From Eledone cirrhosa (Eukaryota), in contig OZ024741.1 in assembly GCA_964016885.1 (NCBI GenBank), positions 219,046,001 to 219,110,000 on the forward strand: 64,000 nucleotides of DNA. Direction: 5' to 3'. Numbering within the stretch: position 1 is the stretch's first letter; each line of letters begins with the position of its first letter. The notes below the pieces were generated by a model. The model saw only the letters and a list, made by a program, of their open reading frames with translations. It was not told where the DNA came from and did no database searches. This document shows positions 11,831 to 24,160 of the stretch, one piece after another. The position numbers and the translations under genes were made by a program.

Positions 11831-12615
11831 CTTATGAACTGTGTGTGTATATACTTGTGTTTGCGTGTGTTTATATACTTATGAACAAAGTTTTCCAATG
11901 TACCAAATGCAAGAAATCTAGGTGCTGAGAGGGTGGTGCAGTGGTTGGGGTGGTGGGGGAGTACACAATAAAGACAACGGTGACCTCTAAAAAGGTCAAC
12001 AACGCACACAGGTAAGCATGTATCTAGCTCCACTTTATATTACAACAGGTATCCTTCAGATTGTTGTCTTGGTAACACTGCCTTGAATGCACAACAGGCC
12101 TATGTCGTTATATATATATATATATATATATATACATACACACAGATTCACACACACACACACACTATCAGATCCACTCCCAAACGTGCATACACACACA
12201 TGCAATGAGACACTCTCAAACATGCATAAACATGCATGCACAAACACACACATATACATATATATATATTAGTGATAATAAATACAAAGACCAACATTCA
12301 AAGAGGACTAAATAAGCATTGTATATACATATATATATCATGTATATACATATATATATATGTAAGAATATTTTCGAAACAGCGAGTGGATTTGAAATTA
12401 TTAGAAATGTTAGCTGAGTATTGGCGTACATGTACGTCAATACTCATCTTTTTCCATTTCTCCGAGGGTTCTTAACCCCACTATCAGGCTAAATAATTTC
12501 TTTAATTTCTTTAGTCAAAATACGGCGAAAGCTAACATATATATATATATATGTGTATACATATATATCATTATCATCATCACCGTTTTACGTCCATTCT
12601 TCCACACTAGCATGG

Positions 12616-12663
<48 letters not shown>

Positions 12664-12664
12664 A

Positions 12665-12866
12665 TAATATATAATAAACAATACAATATAATTACCTCAT
12701 TACCAGAGGTTTCCCGAATAAGACAAATACAAGAAACGTCCGCATTCGTTCATCAGACAAGGCAATTTCCTTGTCCGATGAACGAATGCGGACGTTTCTT
12801 GTATTCGTCTTATTCGGGAAACCTCTGGTAATGAGGTAATTATATTGTATTGTTTATTATATATTA
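12665..12866. repeat. ~200-bp hairpin palindrome, axis at 12765/12766
   Basis: Arms are reverse complements with about 3 mismatches. Confidence 0.95.
12697..12760 (-). ncRNA. Type-I hammerhead motif, family B (plus-strand mirror 12771-12834 has CCGATGA)
   Basis: TTGT-CTGATGA-aCGAAT..ATTCGg-GAAAC-CTCTG-GTA-ATGA; stem I relies on G-U pairs. Confidence 0.6.
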
Positions 12867-12875
12867 AATTTAGCT

Positions 12876-12944
12876 ATGTAACTTACATAGAGCACTCTTC
12901 ATTCCTATGACTTTTTCAATTTTCAACGGAAACTTCAATACTTA

Positions 12945-13021
<77 letters not shown>

Positions 13022-14345
13022 ATGTATGACCCCGATGGCAGAGCACAAGCCGTTTCGACGGCTATTTCTGCGTTATGGTCAATGTGGTTCCTTACCACAA
13101 CTCCTTCGTTATATATATATATATATTAATTCAAAATATTAACAAAGTAGATATTCTTGTGATCAAGTATATTTTATTATACATATTTCAGAGGTACTGA
13201 GTTAAGTTCAACAGTACGTCCTCATCAGATAAAATAAGATGATGCATGACATACCCTGACATAGTAGATGGTTAAGATTCAGTCTTGGTAGTGAGTAATA
13301 TATGACAAAACTCAATATTTATGCCTTAATATTGAGAACATGAGGAAAATATATAATACATACAATAGAGAGGGTGCGTGTAATACAGCTTAAAAAATAC
13401 ATGGCATCAATATAACAATTGAAAAATTTAAATTACTGAAGAAAGAGGAAAGAAAGGAAAGCATAGAGGAAGAAACAGCTTTTTCAAGTTTTTAGCTCCT
13501 CTTTCTATCACATTCGCTGGACATTTTAGAAGTATCTTTTGTCTACTATATATTAAAACCCTATTACATTTTAAACTATATTTTTAATATTGGGCATTTT
13601 TAAGTTTCGCAAACAATTCATTATTTTTCACTTTTTATTTTTATATTTATTTTGTATCTAGCCCTTATCCTTAGGACTCATGTAGTTTTGACTTATATAT
13701 TTATAGTATATATCTATTAAATGATCCTTTTACAATAATTGATATAAAGCATTAATTTTTAACAATATTTTTCTAACAATATTTTTTAACAATATTTTCA
13801 GTAACTTATTTACTATATTGTATTATTGTATTATGTTATATATATTTGAAAGGTATCACCTTAAGTCTTTAGACAATATAATCCTTGTGTATTTTTTTAT
13901 TAACACATATATATAATTTAAAATTCTTGAAGTTTAATTATAAGGCCTGTTGATGCTTTAGGCACTCAAATTGTTAATCATAAATTCTTTAATAATTATA
14001 ACTATAATTATTTTATAAATTATATTATATAAACTGTTGTCAATATTATAAATAATTTTGGTAAAGTTTACCTTCGTGAGGTTATAAAAACATTATATAT
14101 TTTCTTTCTCGTGTTTCGTAAATCCTTCATATTTGATTTCATAAAATTTGAATTTTAGAAATTAAATTTGATAGTATAATATAATATGAATACAGATACC
14201 TATTAACTTTTAAAACCTAAAATATTATTCATTACTCTGAACTAACTTAAATTAAATATTTTGAATATTAACGGTCAACCAACTAAGTTTAGATATATAT
14301 TGTATATATGGATAATTGTCTATAAACTTGAACATAAATTATTCC

Positions 14346-14420
<75 letters not shown>

Positions 14421-14929
14421 AATCATCTCTCATTTGTCTTTTAAGGCACCTACAAACTATATTATCCCATCAGCTGTTTCTTCCCCTATGCTTTCCTTTC
14501 TTTCCTCTTTCTTCCATAATTTAAATTTGTTTAACTGTTATATTGATGCCATGTATTTTTTAAGCTGTATTACACGCACCCTCTCTATTGTATGTATTAT
14601 ATATTTTTCTCATGTTCTCAATATTAAGGTATAAATATTGAGTTTTGTCATATATTACTCACTACCATGACTGAATCTTAACCATCTACTATGTCAGGGT
14701 ATGTCATGCATCATCTTATTTTATCTGATGAGGACGTACTGTTGAACTTAACTCAGTACCTCTGAAATATGTATAATAAAATATACTTGATCACAAGAAT
14801 ATCTACTTTGTTAATATTTTGAATTAATATATATATATATAACGAAGGAGTTGTGGTAAGGAACCACATTGACCATAACGCAGAAATAGCCGTCGAAACG
14901 GCTTGTGCTCTGCCGTCGGGGTCATACAT

Positions 14930-14968
<39 letters not shown>

Positions 14969-15250
14969 TAAGTATTGAAGTTTCCGTTGAAAATTGAAAA
15001 AGTCATAGGAATGAAGAGTGCTCTATGTAGGTTACATGCATCATCTTATTTTATCTGATGAGGACGTCCCGTTGAACTTAACTCAGTACCTCTGAAATAT
15101 GTATAATAAAATATACTTGATCACAAGAATATCTATTTTGTTAATATTTTGAATTAATATTAATAACTCTGGAAAACCATTGCTGTTGAGTGCTTCCAAT
15201 CTATTGTAAAACTCATTCTTTGATTTATTCATTGAACCTTGTTTAACTTT

Positions 15251-15254
<4 letters not shown>
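12876..15254 (+). mobile_element. Penelope-like insertion: inverted pLTR arm (12876-13480), decayed ORF remnant, pLTR arm (14472-15037) and partial tandem pLTR (15035-15254)
   Basis: ~570-600-bp inverted arms; 15035-15160 directly repeats 14706-14830; hammerhead motif in all three copies. Confidence 0.75.
14721..14779 (+). ncRNA. Type-I hammerhead motif, family C (copies 15051-15109 plus and 13174-13232 minus)
   Basis: TTAT-CTGATGA-GGA..GTACTG..CAGTAC..TCT-GAAAT-ATGT-ATA-ATAA; stem I extends to TATTTTAT/ATAAAATA. Confidence 0.78.
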
Positions 15255-15323
<69 letters not shown>

Positions 15324-15439
15324 TCTAATATATATATACTTTTAATATATATATACTTTTATATATATATATATAAAAGTATATATATATATTAGTATAC
15401 ATATATATATAAAAGTATATACTGTATATATATAAAAGT

Positions 15440-15864
15440 ATCATCATCAACATCATCATCATCCACGCTGGCATGGGTTAGACGGGTTGTCTTGTTGTGG
15501 GCAGTGTCCAGTCGGCTGACCTTGTCTTGCTCATACAGAAACTGATTGTGGCTCTATTTCTACAGCTGGATGCCCTTCCTAACTCCAACCTCATTTACAG
15601 TGAGTGCTGGGTGCTTTTTTGCCGTGGCACCTCCACGTCCACTTTTCATTGTGGGCTGGGTGCTTTTTTTCCGTGGCACCTCCACGACCACTTTGCATTT
15701 GAATGATAGGGACCCCAGTCCTATCATCTCATTTCTACAGCTGAGTAAACTAGAGCAATGTGAAATAAAGTGTCTTGCTCAAGGAAACAATACATCACGC
15801 AGTCCGAGAATTGAACTCACAACCTTTCGATTGCAAGACCAATGCTCTAACCACTAAGACATGC
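15440..15864 (-). mobile_element. tRNA/CORE SINE with longer RTE tail and an internal ~50-bp duplication
   Basis: Reverse complement of the 9166 family; (GAT)n tail. Confidence 0.88.
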
Positions 15865-15939
<75 letters not shown>

Positions 15940-16079
15940 TATATATATATATATAAACGTATATATATATAAAAGTATATATATATACAAAAGTATATAT
16001 ATATATATATAAAAGTATATATATATAAAAGTACATATATATATATATAAAAGTATTGTTATACTTGAGGAGGGTCATA

Positions 16080-18170
16080 TTGTTATAATAATATTGCCAG
16101 AATTAATAACAGAACACACTCACTGTTTGGTTGGTTTTCGCTTCCGTATCTTTTATATCAGTTAATTTATTCGGTCCTCAATGTTTACCATTGACTGACC
16201 AACGGTCAAAAATACAGATATAATATAGACACAAACACATATATATACTCTAACAAAATTCTTTCGTTGCACATCTGCAACATCTTCAGTGGTGTTATTA
16301 TATTTCCACCTGTTGTATCGTATATTTACGCCATCTTTATTTAATCTGTTTATTATTTATTTATTTATTTTTGTCTTCTTCTCTGCACATGCGTTTGTGT
16401 GTGTGTATAGTGTTTGGTGTGTGTTCGCGTTTGGGTGACTGTGTTTTGATTATTCTATTCTATCTTAGTTTACTCCTGTGTGCTTATATGTTTGTTGTTA
16501 TTGAGCTTGTGTATATATTTATTTATATTTCTCTTAGGTCAGTATTGTTTATTTGGGTGTTGTTGTTATTCCATTCATTTTTTCTGTTTAGCTTTGGCCT
16601 TCTAAGTTCTATTTCACTTGCCTCTCTGATTTTCCTAACTGCTGGGTCATTTCTATGTTTAGATATTATTTTAATATCTATGTTGTCTATGTTACCGTCA
16701 TGTTGTTTGTCTGGCGTGTTCGTATAGTACTGAACCGTTTTTTCGTCCTTTTAGTTCTCCCCAGTGTTGGTCTATCCTTTCACCTATGCTACGAGCTGTC
16801 TCGCCTATGTATGTTGTTGTCATGTTTCTACAAGTACCCTCTGTACATTTTATGCTATAGACTACGTTTCTAGTTTTACAGTTTATCCGGGGGTTTACTT
16901 TACATATAATAAATTTCTTATTAGTACAGTGGGTATTCTTAAAAGGGTATGTTTTGCTGATCAGGGATTTTATGGTAGTTCCTGGCTTTTCTACCACCTT
17001 AATCTCTAAGTGGGTCTTTCTCAGAGCCTTTCTACACTGGTTAGCTAATTTCCCTCCAGGGGTAGCGTCCACGAACATGACACTGGTATCTCTGGTTGTC
17101 GTACCATGAGGTGGCTTTCCCTATCTTATGTCTAGCCCTATCTAAGCTATTCCATGATTTGCTCCTGTATAATGGTCAAATTCCTTTCATGTCCAGTTCT
17201 ATGAGGGTCTTATACTTCTCCGTGGCTCCTTCGTATACTCTGATTCTGTCTCTTTGGTTGTAGCCAGAGAACTGCATGCGGTTGATGAAGTGTTGGATGT
17301 GTCTTTCCATTTCTGTTGCGTCGCACATGCAGGACACGTTCTTCATCACTCGCACCAAGTCTGCGATCAGAATATTAAACTTACCACTAGTGGACATTGC
17401 TGAGTTTTTTAGTATCAGGTAATTTGAGGCCATGGGTTTAACGTAGTATGAGTGGAGATTTGGGCCCTCTCGTCTATAGTGTTAATCCAGAGTTCCGTGT
17501 CTAATACAGGTAGTCTATTGTTAGGGTGTTTGGAAGGGTAGTCGCTAGCTACAGTTATACTCTGGTGTATGGAGTTAGCTATCTGCTGGATGCTTTCCAT
17601 TATGCTACATCTAAATCAAACTTGTTAGTACTCTCTTGTGGGGTTGTCCATATTACTATATTAATGTCGTCTACGTAACGAGAGTACATGATGAGGTCTA
17701 TGGAGCTCTCATTAAGGAGATCTTTGAGTCTCCTTTCCCACCATACCATAAAAAGGTTGGCCACGTCACCAGCTATGCTGACGCCAATGGCTGCTCCCTC
17801 ATTTTGGGTGTAGATCTTCTCGTTGAATTTGAATATGTGACTCTTTAGGGTAGTTTTAATACTAGCCCCTATTGCATGTGCGACGATTTTTCTTACCTGA
17901 TCATTGTTTTGGGGGGTTCGTATGGCTTTGGTCCACCCAATCCACCTTCCCATGGGAGTCTTTTTTGCCATTGAGGTTATGGTGGGGGGTCTAGGTAGTC
18001 AGTGTCATAGGTAAGTCTAAGTAGGAGGCCCAGTTCGTCTGTGTCGACGTCGCAGAACTCCACCTCATTCTCATTGATCATCTCCACACATTTTTCCGCA
18101 GCAAAATCAATGTTAATGGATGGGCATAGTGATACCACGTCCATACTGCCATAATGCAGTTAGATAGGTT
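16080..18170 (-). mobile_element. Penelope-like element, probably Neptune-type, 5'-truncated and frameshifted (RT plus GIY-YIG)
   Basis: [12 protein letters not shown] (about 18110-18150), YTQNEGAAIG, YSRYVDDI, LPVLDTELW, KPMASN..SAMS, NVVYSIKC..YIGETARSIGERIDQH, IREASEIE..LNRKNEW; flanked by (TA)n-type tracts. Confidence 0.92.
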
Positions 18171-18176
18171 ATAAAA

Positions 18177-18217
<41 letters not shown>

Positions 18218-18728
18218 TACATATATATAAGTATATATATATATATAAGTACATATATATAAGTATATATATATATATATATATATAAGTACATATAAAT
18301 ATAAGTATATATATATACATAAAAGTATATATATATATATATATATATATAAATACATATATTTATAAGTATATATATATATATATATAAGTACATATAT
18401 ATATAAGTATATATATATATAAAAGTATATATACATATATAAGTACATATATATATAAGTATATATATATAAGTACATATATATATAGTATATATATGTA
18501 TATATAAGTACATATATACAGTATATGTGTATATATATGTGTATATATACCCGCCTTAGAATAAAAGCAGAAATTATTTGTATAAACTTTTAATCTGTGC
18601 TGTTAATATATACTCTCAGGTTCCAAATAATAAGGAAGGAGGTGAAATTAGTCGGTGCTGGTTGAATAAATGTAGGTGGTGGTGTTTGGAATAAGCAGGA
18701 CTGGGTGGAAAATCGGTAATTTTTCTAG

Positions 18729-19180
18729 GTTAATTTTAGAACTAGCAGAGGTACTCGGCGTTGTTCGGGTATTAAATACCAGTTATGTATACCATTTATG
18801 TCAATACTTCAGTGCTGCTTCGAAAACTATACTTTTACAAAATCATCGGCTTTTTCTAAAAGGGGGTTCCTGCCCCCAGGGGTCCCCCTACTCAATATGT
18901 GCCAATTCTGAGAGTTCACATTCATCTGTAGAACAAACGTAGCCCATGTGTCAAGTTTTGTGAAAATCGGTTGCGAACTCCAGAAGTTATGACGTTTTGT
19001 TGCATTGCACTGCAGTGCTTCAGTCGACTCCAAGGAAGTGGTTTAAGGGGGTTATCTGCCGGGAGGCCCTATAATCAATATCTGGAAAAATGAAATTGCC
19101 CATGACCATCCGGAGTACATAAGTAACCTATGTCTTAAGTTTGGTGAAAATACTGTAGAAATGCATAAGGTTTACAAACA
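18729..19180 (-). mobile_element. Non-autonomous Helitron related to 8500-8960
   Basis: Minus-strand 3' end ACCCGAACAACGCCGAGTACCTCTG-CTAG-T; body shares the GGGGTCCCC/AAGTTATGACGTTTTGTTGCATTG units. Confidence 0.75.
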
Positions 19181-19304
19181 CACGCGCGCGTGTGTGTGTG
19201 CGTGTGTATTTGTGTGTGCGTATGTATATGTATGTGTATGTCCGTCGGCGCATACGTATGTACTGGCCTAAATCTTCACTATGTACTTTTACTATTTTAA
19301 GGCA

Positions 19305-19421
19305 AAGTTAAAATCCCGTCGAGGTTAATTTTGCCTTTCATCCATACGGGGTCGATAAAATAAAGTGCCAGTAATGTACTGGTTAATTGCTGGCCTTGTG
19401 CCAAAAGTAGAAACAACTATT
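19305..19421 (+). mobile_element. Meta-domain SINE fragment
   Basis: GCCTTTCATCC..GGGGTCGATAAAATAAAGT.CCAG; same family as 56585. Confidence 0.8.
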
Positions 19422-19890
19422 TTAATAACCTCTGTCATTTTCGTTTACAATTTTATTTACATCATTCTTAAACTCCGGGGCTGGAAATCATTCTGTTATT
19501 TTAAATAGAATATTAGTCTAACGACTCCATTTACACCATAAACTTGGTCTTGTCTTTGCATGAAATTGTTCTTCCCCGTCCACATAACGACGTATTATCC
19601 TCGGTTTTTTTCCGTTCATTACCAGGGAACGTCTTCACGAACTAAAATATCGTCTTCCTGTTTTCCTTCGGTCGCAACATTTCTCGAAATATTTAATACT
19701 GCGATCACAGATTGAATTTATTAGTTTAAGAAGATCCCCTTAATGTTGAAAGCAGCGATTCTTTGCTTAAACTTTCTTTCTTAACCCCTCTCCCTTTTTT
19801 GTCATACCCTCTCTCCCTCTTTCTCTCTCTCTCTCACTCATACCCCCTCTCTCTCTCTTCCTCTACAGAATGGAGAACAATAAAGAACGC

Positions 19891-19950
<60 letters not shown>

Positions 19951-20283
19951 TGTCTCTCTATCTGATTATCTTGTACCTCTCTCTCTGTATAACGACCTAT
20001 CTCACTCTCTCTCTCTACATCTCCCTTTCTCTCTTTAGATGTATATGTATATGTGTGTGTGTGATATATATATATATAGAGAGAGAGAGTTGCAACATGG
20101 TTGTAGTTTCATAGATTTTTGAGGGTTGTGAGAATGAAAATATAAACAGAGCATATAAATAAATTTACAGTAGAAAAACATAACAAATATGTTTTAAATA
20201 TATACATGAATAACATTACAAATGCCTCGGTAACATTACAAAGGATGATATAATGAAAGATATATTCCTTCAATGCTACAATA

Positions 20284-20470
20284 TTAAAGAAAATGTAAAG
20301 GAAGGGGTGAACAACGGAGCCAACACCAGAGCAAAAGACAGCAACGTCGCGAGTATTGGGCAACCTCTCTAATTTTGAGGCAAGCCAGCACACTCGCAGC
20401 GTTGCCTCGGGTGATGGCGAGGTTGATGCGCTGAAATATTGCTTTAAAAGACTTTTTAATGGAAATGAAG
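20284..20470 (-). pseudogene. C-terminal fragment of an RLE-type (CRE-like) non-LTR element
   Basis: AIFQRINLAITRGNAASVL resembles the QR.S.AIQRGNAA helix that ends CRE-type ORFs; the match is short. Confidence 0.55.
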
Positions 20471-21210
20471 CAAAACGGAAGCTTAATGTTGAAACTTCGA
20501 ACTTTTGAATTTTGCAGGTTAAAATTTTGCTGGCTCGAAAACTGTTCGCGTATTTTTGTACTTTTGTACGTTTGTTCGTAACGTAAATAGATAAACAAAT
20601 GACGCCATAAAAGGGAAATAACTCATCTCTCATCTCTATTTATACATTTGGACTGAAAAATCAATACATTACAAATTCGATTTTTGCACTTGGCGTGGGA
20701 CGATTTGAAACATTTTTTGACCGATGTCTCCGCCGGACCTTCATCTATAAGTGTAGCAATTTCACCGAAATTTGAACGTACGGTTTAAGAGGAGATGTGT
20801 GCCGACCGTTTTAGTAGACAGACAGACAGACAGACAGACAACCTCAGTTTTATATATATAGACTAGCAGAAAGCCACTCGGTGGGCGGTTTTCTGCTAGC
20901 AAATCTAGTTTCTGTGTGTGTAATATATATATATATATACACACAGAAATATATATATATTTCTGTGTGTGTAATATATATATATACACACACGGAAATA
21001 TATATATATTTCTGTGTGTGTGTATATATATATATATATATTACACACACAGAAATGTATATATATTTCTGTATGTGTATATATATATATATATTACACA
21101 CACAGAAATGTATATATATTTCTGTGTGTATATATATATTACACACACAGAAACTAGATTTGCTAGCAGAAAACCGCCTACCGGGTGGTTTTCTGCTAGT
21201 CTATATATAT
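20470..21210. mobile_element. Helitron-like non-autonomous element with duplicated and inverted 3'-hairpin/CTAG ends
   Basis: Minus-strand 5' end TCTATATATATAAAACTGAGGTTGTCTGTCTG at ~20862, joined to the hairpin CTAGCAGAAAACC..GGYTTTCTGCTAG; mirror copy at 21150-21210. Confidence 0.6.
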
Positions 21211-21774
21211 ATATATATATATATATATTTCTGTGTGTGTATATATATATATATATTACACACACACAGAAATGTATATATGTTTCTGTAGCACTCCTCA
21301 ATTCCCCCTCTCTCCCTCCCGCTATCCCCCTCTTGTAGTCTGTCTATTTCTTTCACTCTCTCTCTACGCGTGCGCAAAAAACATTCGCACGCGCGCACGT
21401 GTTTTAGCGTCTATTCACTCTCTCTCTCTCTCTCTCTCTCCCTCTCTCCCTCCCGCTATCCCCCTCTCGTAGTCTGTCTCTTTCTTTCACTCTCACTCTC
21501 TCTCTACGCGTGCGCGCACGTGTTTCCACTGTCGGACAGACAGACAAACAGAGAAATTGCTGGTTATATATTATAAGGAGATTAGTCGTTTAGTTTACAT
21601 ATTGAGATCCGAACCCATCCTATTTATTTTATAACATGGGATTTCTAATAATGTATTTTTTTTTGTCATGTATAATGAATGTGTTTTAATATCTAAAGAA
21701 AATTACTTGTTGCAGGAATGCTACCACTTAAAATAAAATTTCGCTGGAGATAGATTAGGTAAAATTAAATAAGC

Positions 21775-21880
21775 TGGGGTGGGGTGGAATAAGAGCAGAG
21801 CGGGTGAGGTGGAATAAGAGCAGAAGGGATAGGGTGGAATAAGAGCAGAGGGGGTGGGGTGGAATAAGAGCGGGGTGGTG
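21775..21880 (+). repeat. ~24-bp G-rich minisatellite (GGGTGGAATAAGAGCAGAG)
   Basis: 4-5 tandem copies. Confidence 0.85.
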
Positions 21881-21909
21881 TTGGAAAAAATCTGATCATT
21901 CGAGACCCG

Positions 21910-21985
<76 letters not shown>

Positions 21986-22865
21986 AATAAGACACCACCC
22001 CGCCCATTTGCTTTAGGGTCACGCCCATGATCCAGCACTTCCTCTTCCATGGAGACAAGCAACATATAGTCTGCAGACCTCTCGCCTTTTTACCCTCCTA
22101 CACTCCCACTGAAGCTCCCTCCACATCTCCTGTTGAACAAACCAAACACCCAAATGCTGTAATGAAATACTACTGGTGCCCCAACAGTTGTGTCAAAGAC
22201 GTGACAACCTCTCTTGTGAACTCGGTGGAGCCTCGTCCGTACATAAAGTGAGACAGAGATCCCTGGCTTGCCTGAGAGACCCGTGGCTCTGCTTCAGTAC
22301 TGTCTTGGTCTATATAGACCTGTCCAACCCTTGCAAGTAGGGAAAGAGAACGTTAAGATGGCAATGATGATGATGCTAATATATGTGTGTGTGTGAGTGT
22401 ATGTGTGTTTGTGTGTGTGAGTGAATGTGAGTGTATGTGTGTGAGTGTATGTGTGAGTGAGTGTGAGTGTGAGTGTGTGTATGTGTGTGAGTGTGAGCGT
22501 GTGCTTGTGTGTGTGAGTGTGAGAGTGTGCTTGTCTGTGTGTGAGAGTGTGAGTGTGTGTGTTTGTTTGTGTATGTTTGTGGGTGTGTTTGTGTGTGTGT
22601 GTGAGTGAGTGTGAGTGTGAGTGTGTGTGTGTATGAGTGTGAGTGTGTGTTTATGTGTGTGTGTGTTTGTGTTTGTGTGTGTGTGTGTGTGTTTGTGTTT
22701 GAGTGTGTGTGTGCAGTAAGGTTTCCCCATAGGGAACAGAAAGAGACCATTGTCAAATAGAGTACATTAGAGAAAGTACATCATTTATTTCAGAGTAAAA
22801 TGACTTACTTCTACAGGACTAGCACTGTTTCATTCATTTGAACCTGATGATTTCAAACAAATGAA

Positions 22866-23042
22866 GTTGGTGTTAGGAAGGGTATCACTGGTGTTAGGAA
22901 GGGCATCCAGCTGTAGAAATCAAGCCAAAATCATTTCTGTATGAGCAAGACATGGTCACCTGACCTGGCATTGCCCATAACAGGACAACTTGTCTAACCC
23001 ATGCTAGTGTGGAAGAATGGACGTAAAACAGTGTTGATGAGG
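22866..23042 (+). mobile_element. RTE-tail/SINE 3' fragment
   Basis: TGGTGTTAGGAAGGGCATCCAGCTGTAGAAA..GGACGTAAAA. Confidence 0.8.
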
Positions 23043-23191
23043 ATGAAACAGTGTTAGTCCTGTAATAAATTATATTTCACTCAAGTTCTAGTAACTATTG
23101 CAGGGCCAGCCATTGTGGTGACACTCTAGACTCTGTGTCTGTGTGTCCATCTTGGCATTTCACTGGGCCTTAGCAATACTTGTTGGAGTCT

Positions 23192-24160
23192 ATCTTCTTC
23201 TTCTTCTTCTTCTTCTTCTTCTTCTTCTTCTTCTTCTTCTTCTTCTCCTCCACCTCCTCCTTCTATTCCTTCTTCTTCTTCCCTTTTTCTTTATTCTTTT
23301 TTCCTTTCTTTTTCTTCTCCCCCCTCCCCCTCCCCTCTCCCTCTCCCCCTCCTCCTCCCAACTGCCATCAATCATACAACACAATTCAAACATTTTATTT
23401 CACCTTTCATTTTACCTAAAATGGTGGTGGTGGTGGTAGTGTTGTTCTTGTTGGTGGTGGTGGCGGTGGTGGTTGTGGTTGTAGTGGTGGTGGTGGTAGT
23501 GTTGTTGTTGGTGGTGGTGGTTGTGGTTGTGGTTGTAGTGGTGGTGGTGGTTGTGGTAATGGTGGTGGTGGTGGTGGTGGTGGGGTGGGGGTGTTGGCAT
23601 GGGTGGTTGTGCTGATAGTAGTAGTATTGGTGGGGGTGGAGGTGTTGGCGTGGGTGGTAGTGGTGGTAGTTGTAGTGTTTGAGTTAGCGTGGGTGGTGGT
23701 GTTGGTGGTGGTGTTGTCGGGGAGGGGGGTTGTGGTGGTAGTAGAAGTAGTAGTGTTGGTATTTGTAATTGTAGTGATGATGGTGGTGGTGTGGTGGTGA
23801 TGTGAGCTGGGGGACTGCTACTATTATCTTTTACCTCCATCACTATGACTACTGCAAAACCACCACCACCCTCACCTACCACAACCACCCACTACCACAA
23901 AACCACCCACTACTACCATATCACACCACCACCACCAACACCAACACCTCTACTACAAAACCAGCCATATTATGACTGTCTCCCTCACTGCCGCCACCAC
24001 CACTACCACCACTACTATCACCACCAGCACCACCACTACCAACACCACCACCACCAACACCACCACCACCACCACCACCACAACCACCAACACCACCACC
24101 ACCACCACAACCACCACCCACCACCACCAATACCACCACCACTACCACCACCACCATCAC
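23192..24160. repeat. (CTT)n, (GGT)n and (CCA)n microsatellite block
   Basis: Visible directly. Confidence 0.95.

Noticed and set aside
16255-16292. Hammerhead in the Neptune-type PLE 3' region (CTGAAGA-tGTTGCA..TGCAAC-GAAAG, minus strand)
   Set aside because: Core and stem II are present but stems I and III cannot be paired; at best a decayed motif.
22755-23100. Possible split hammerhead (CTGATGA at 22844; GAAAC..GTC at 23045 and inverted near 22820)
   Set aside because: Interrupted by an RTE tail and stem I is inconsistent; insufficient support.
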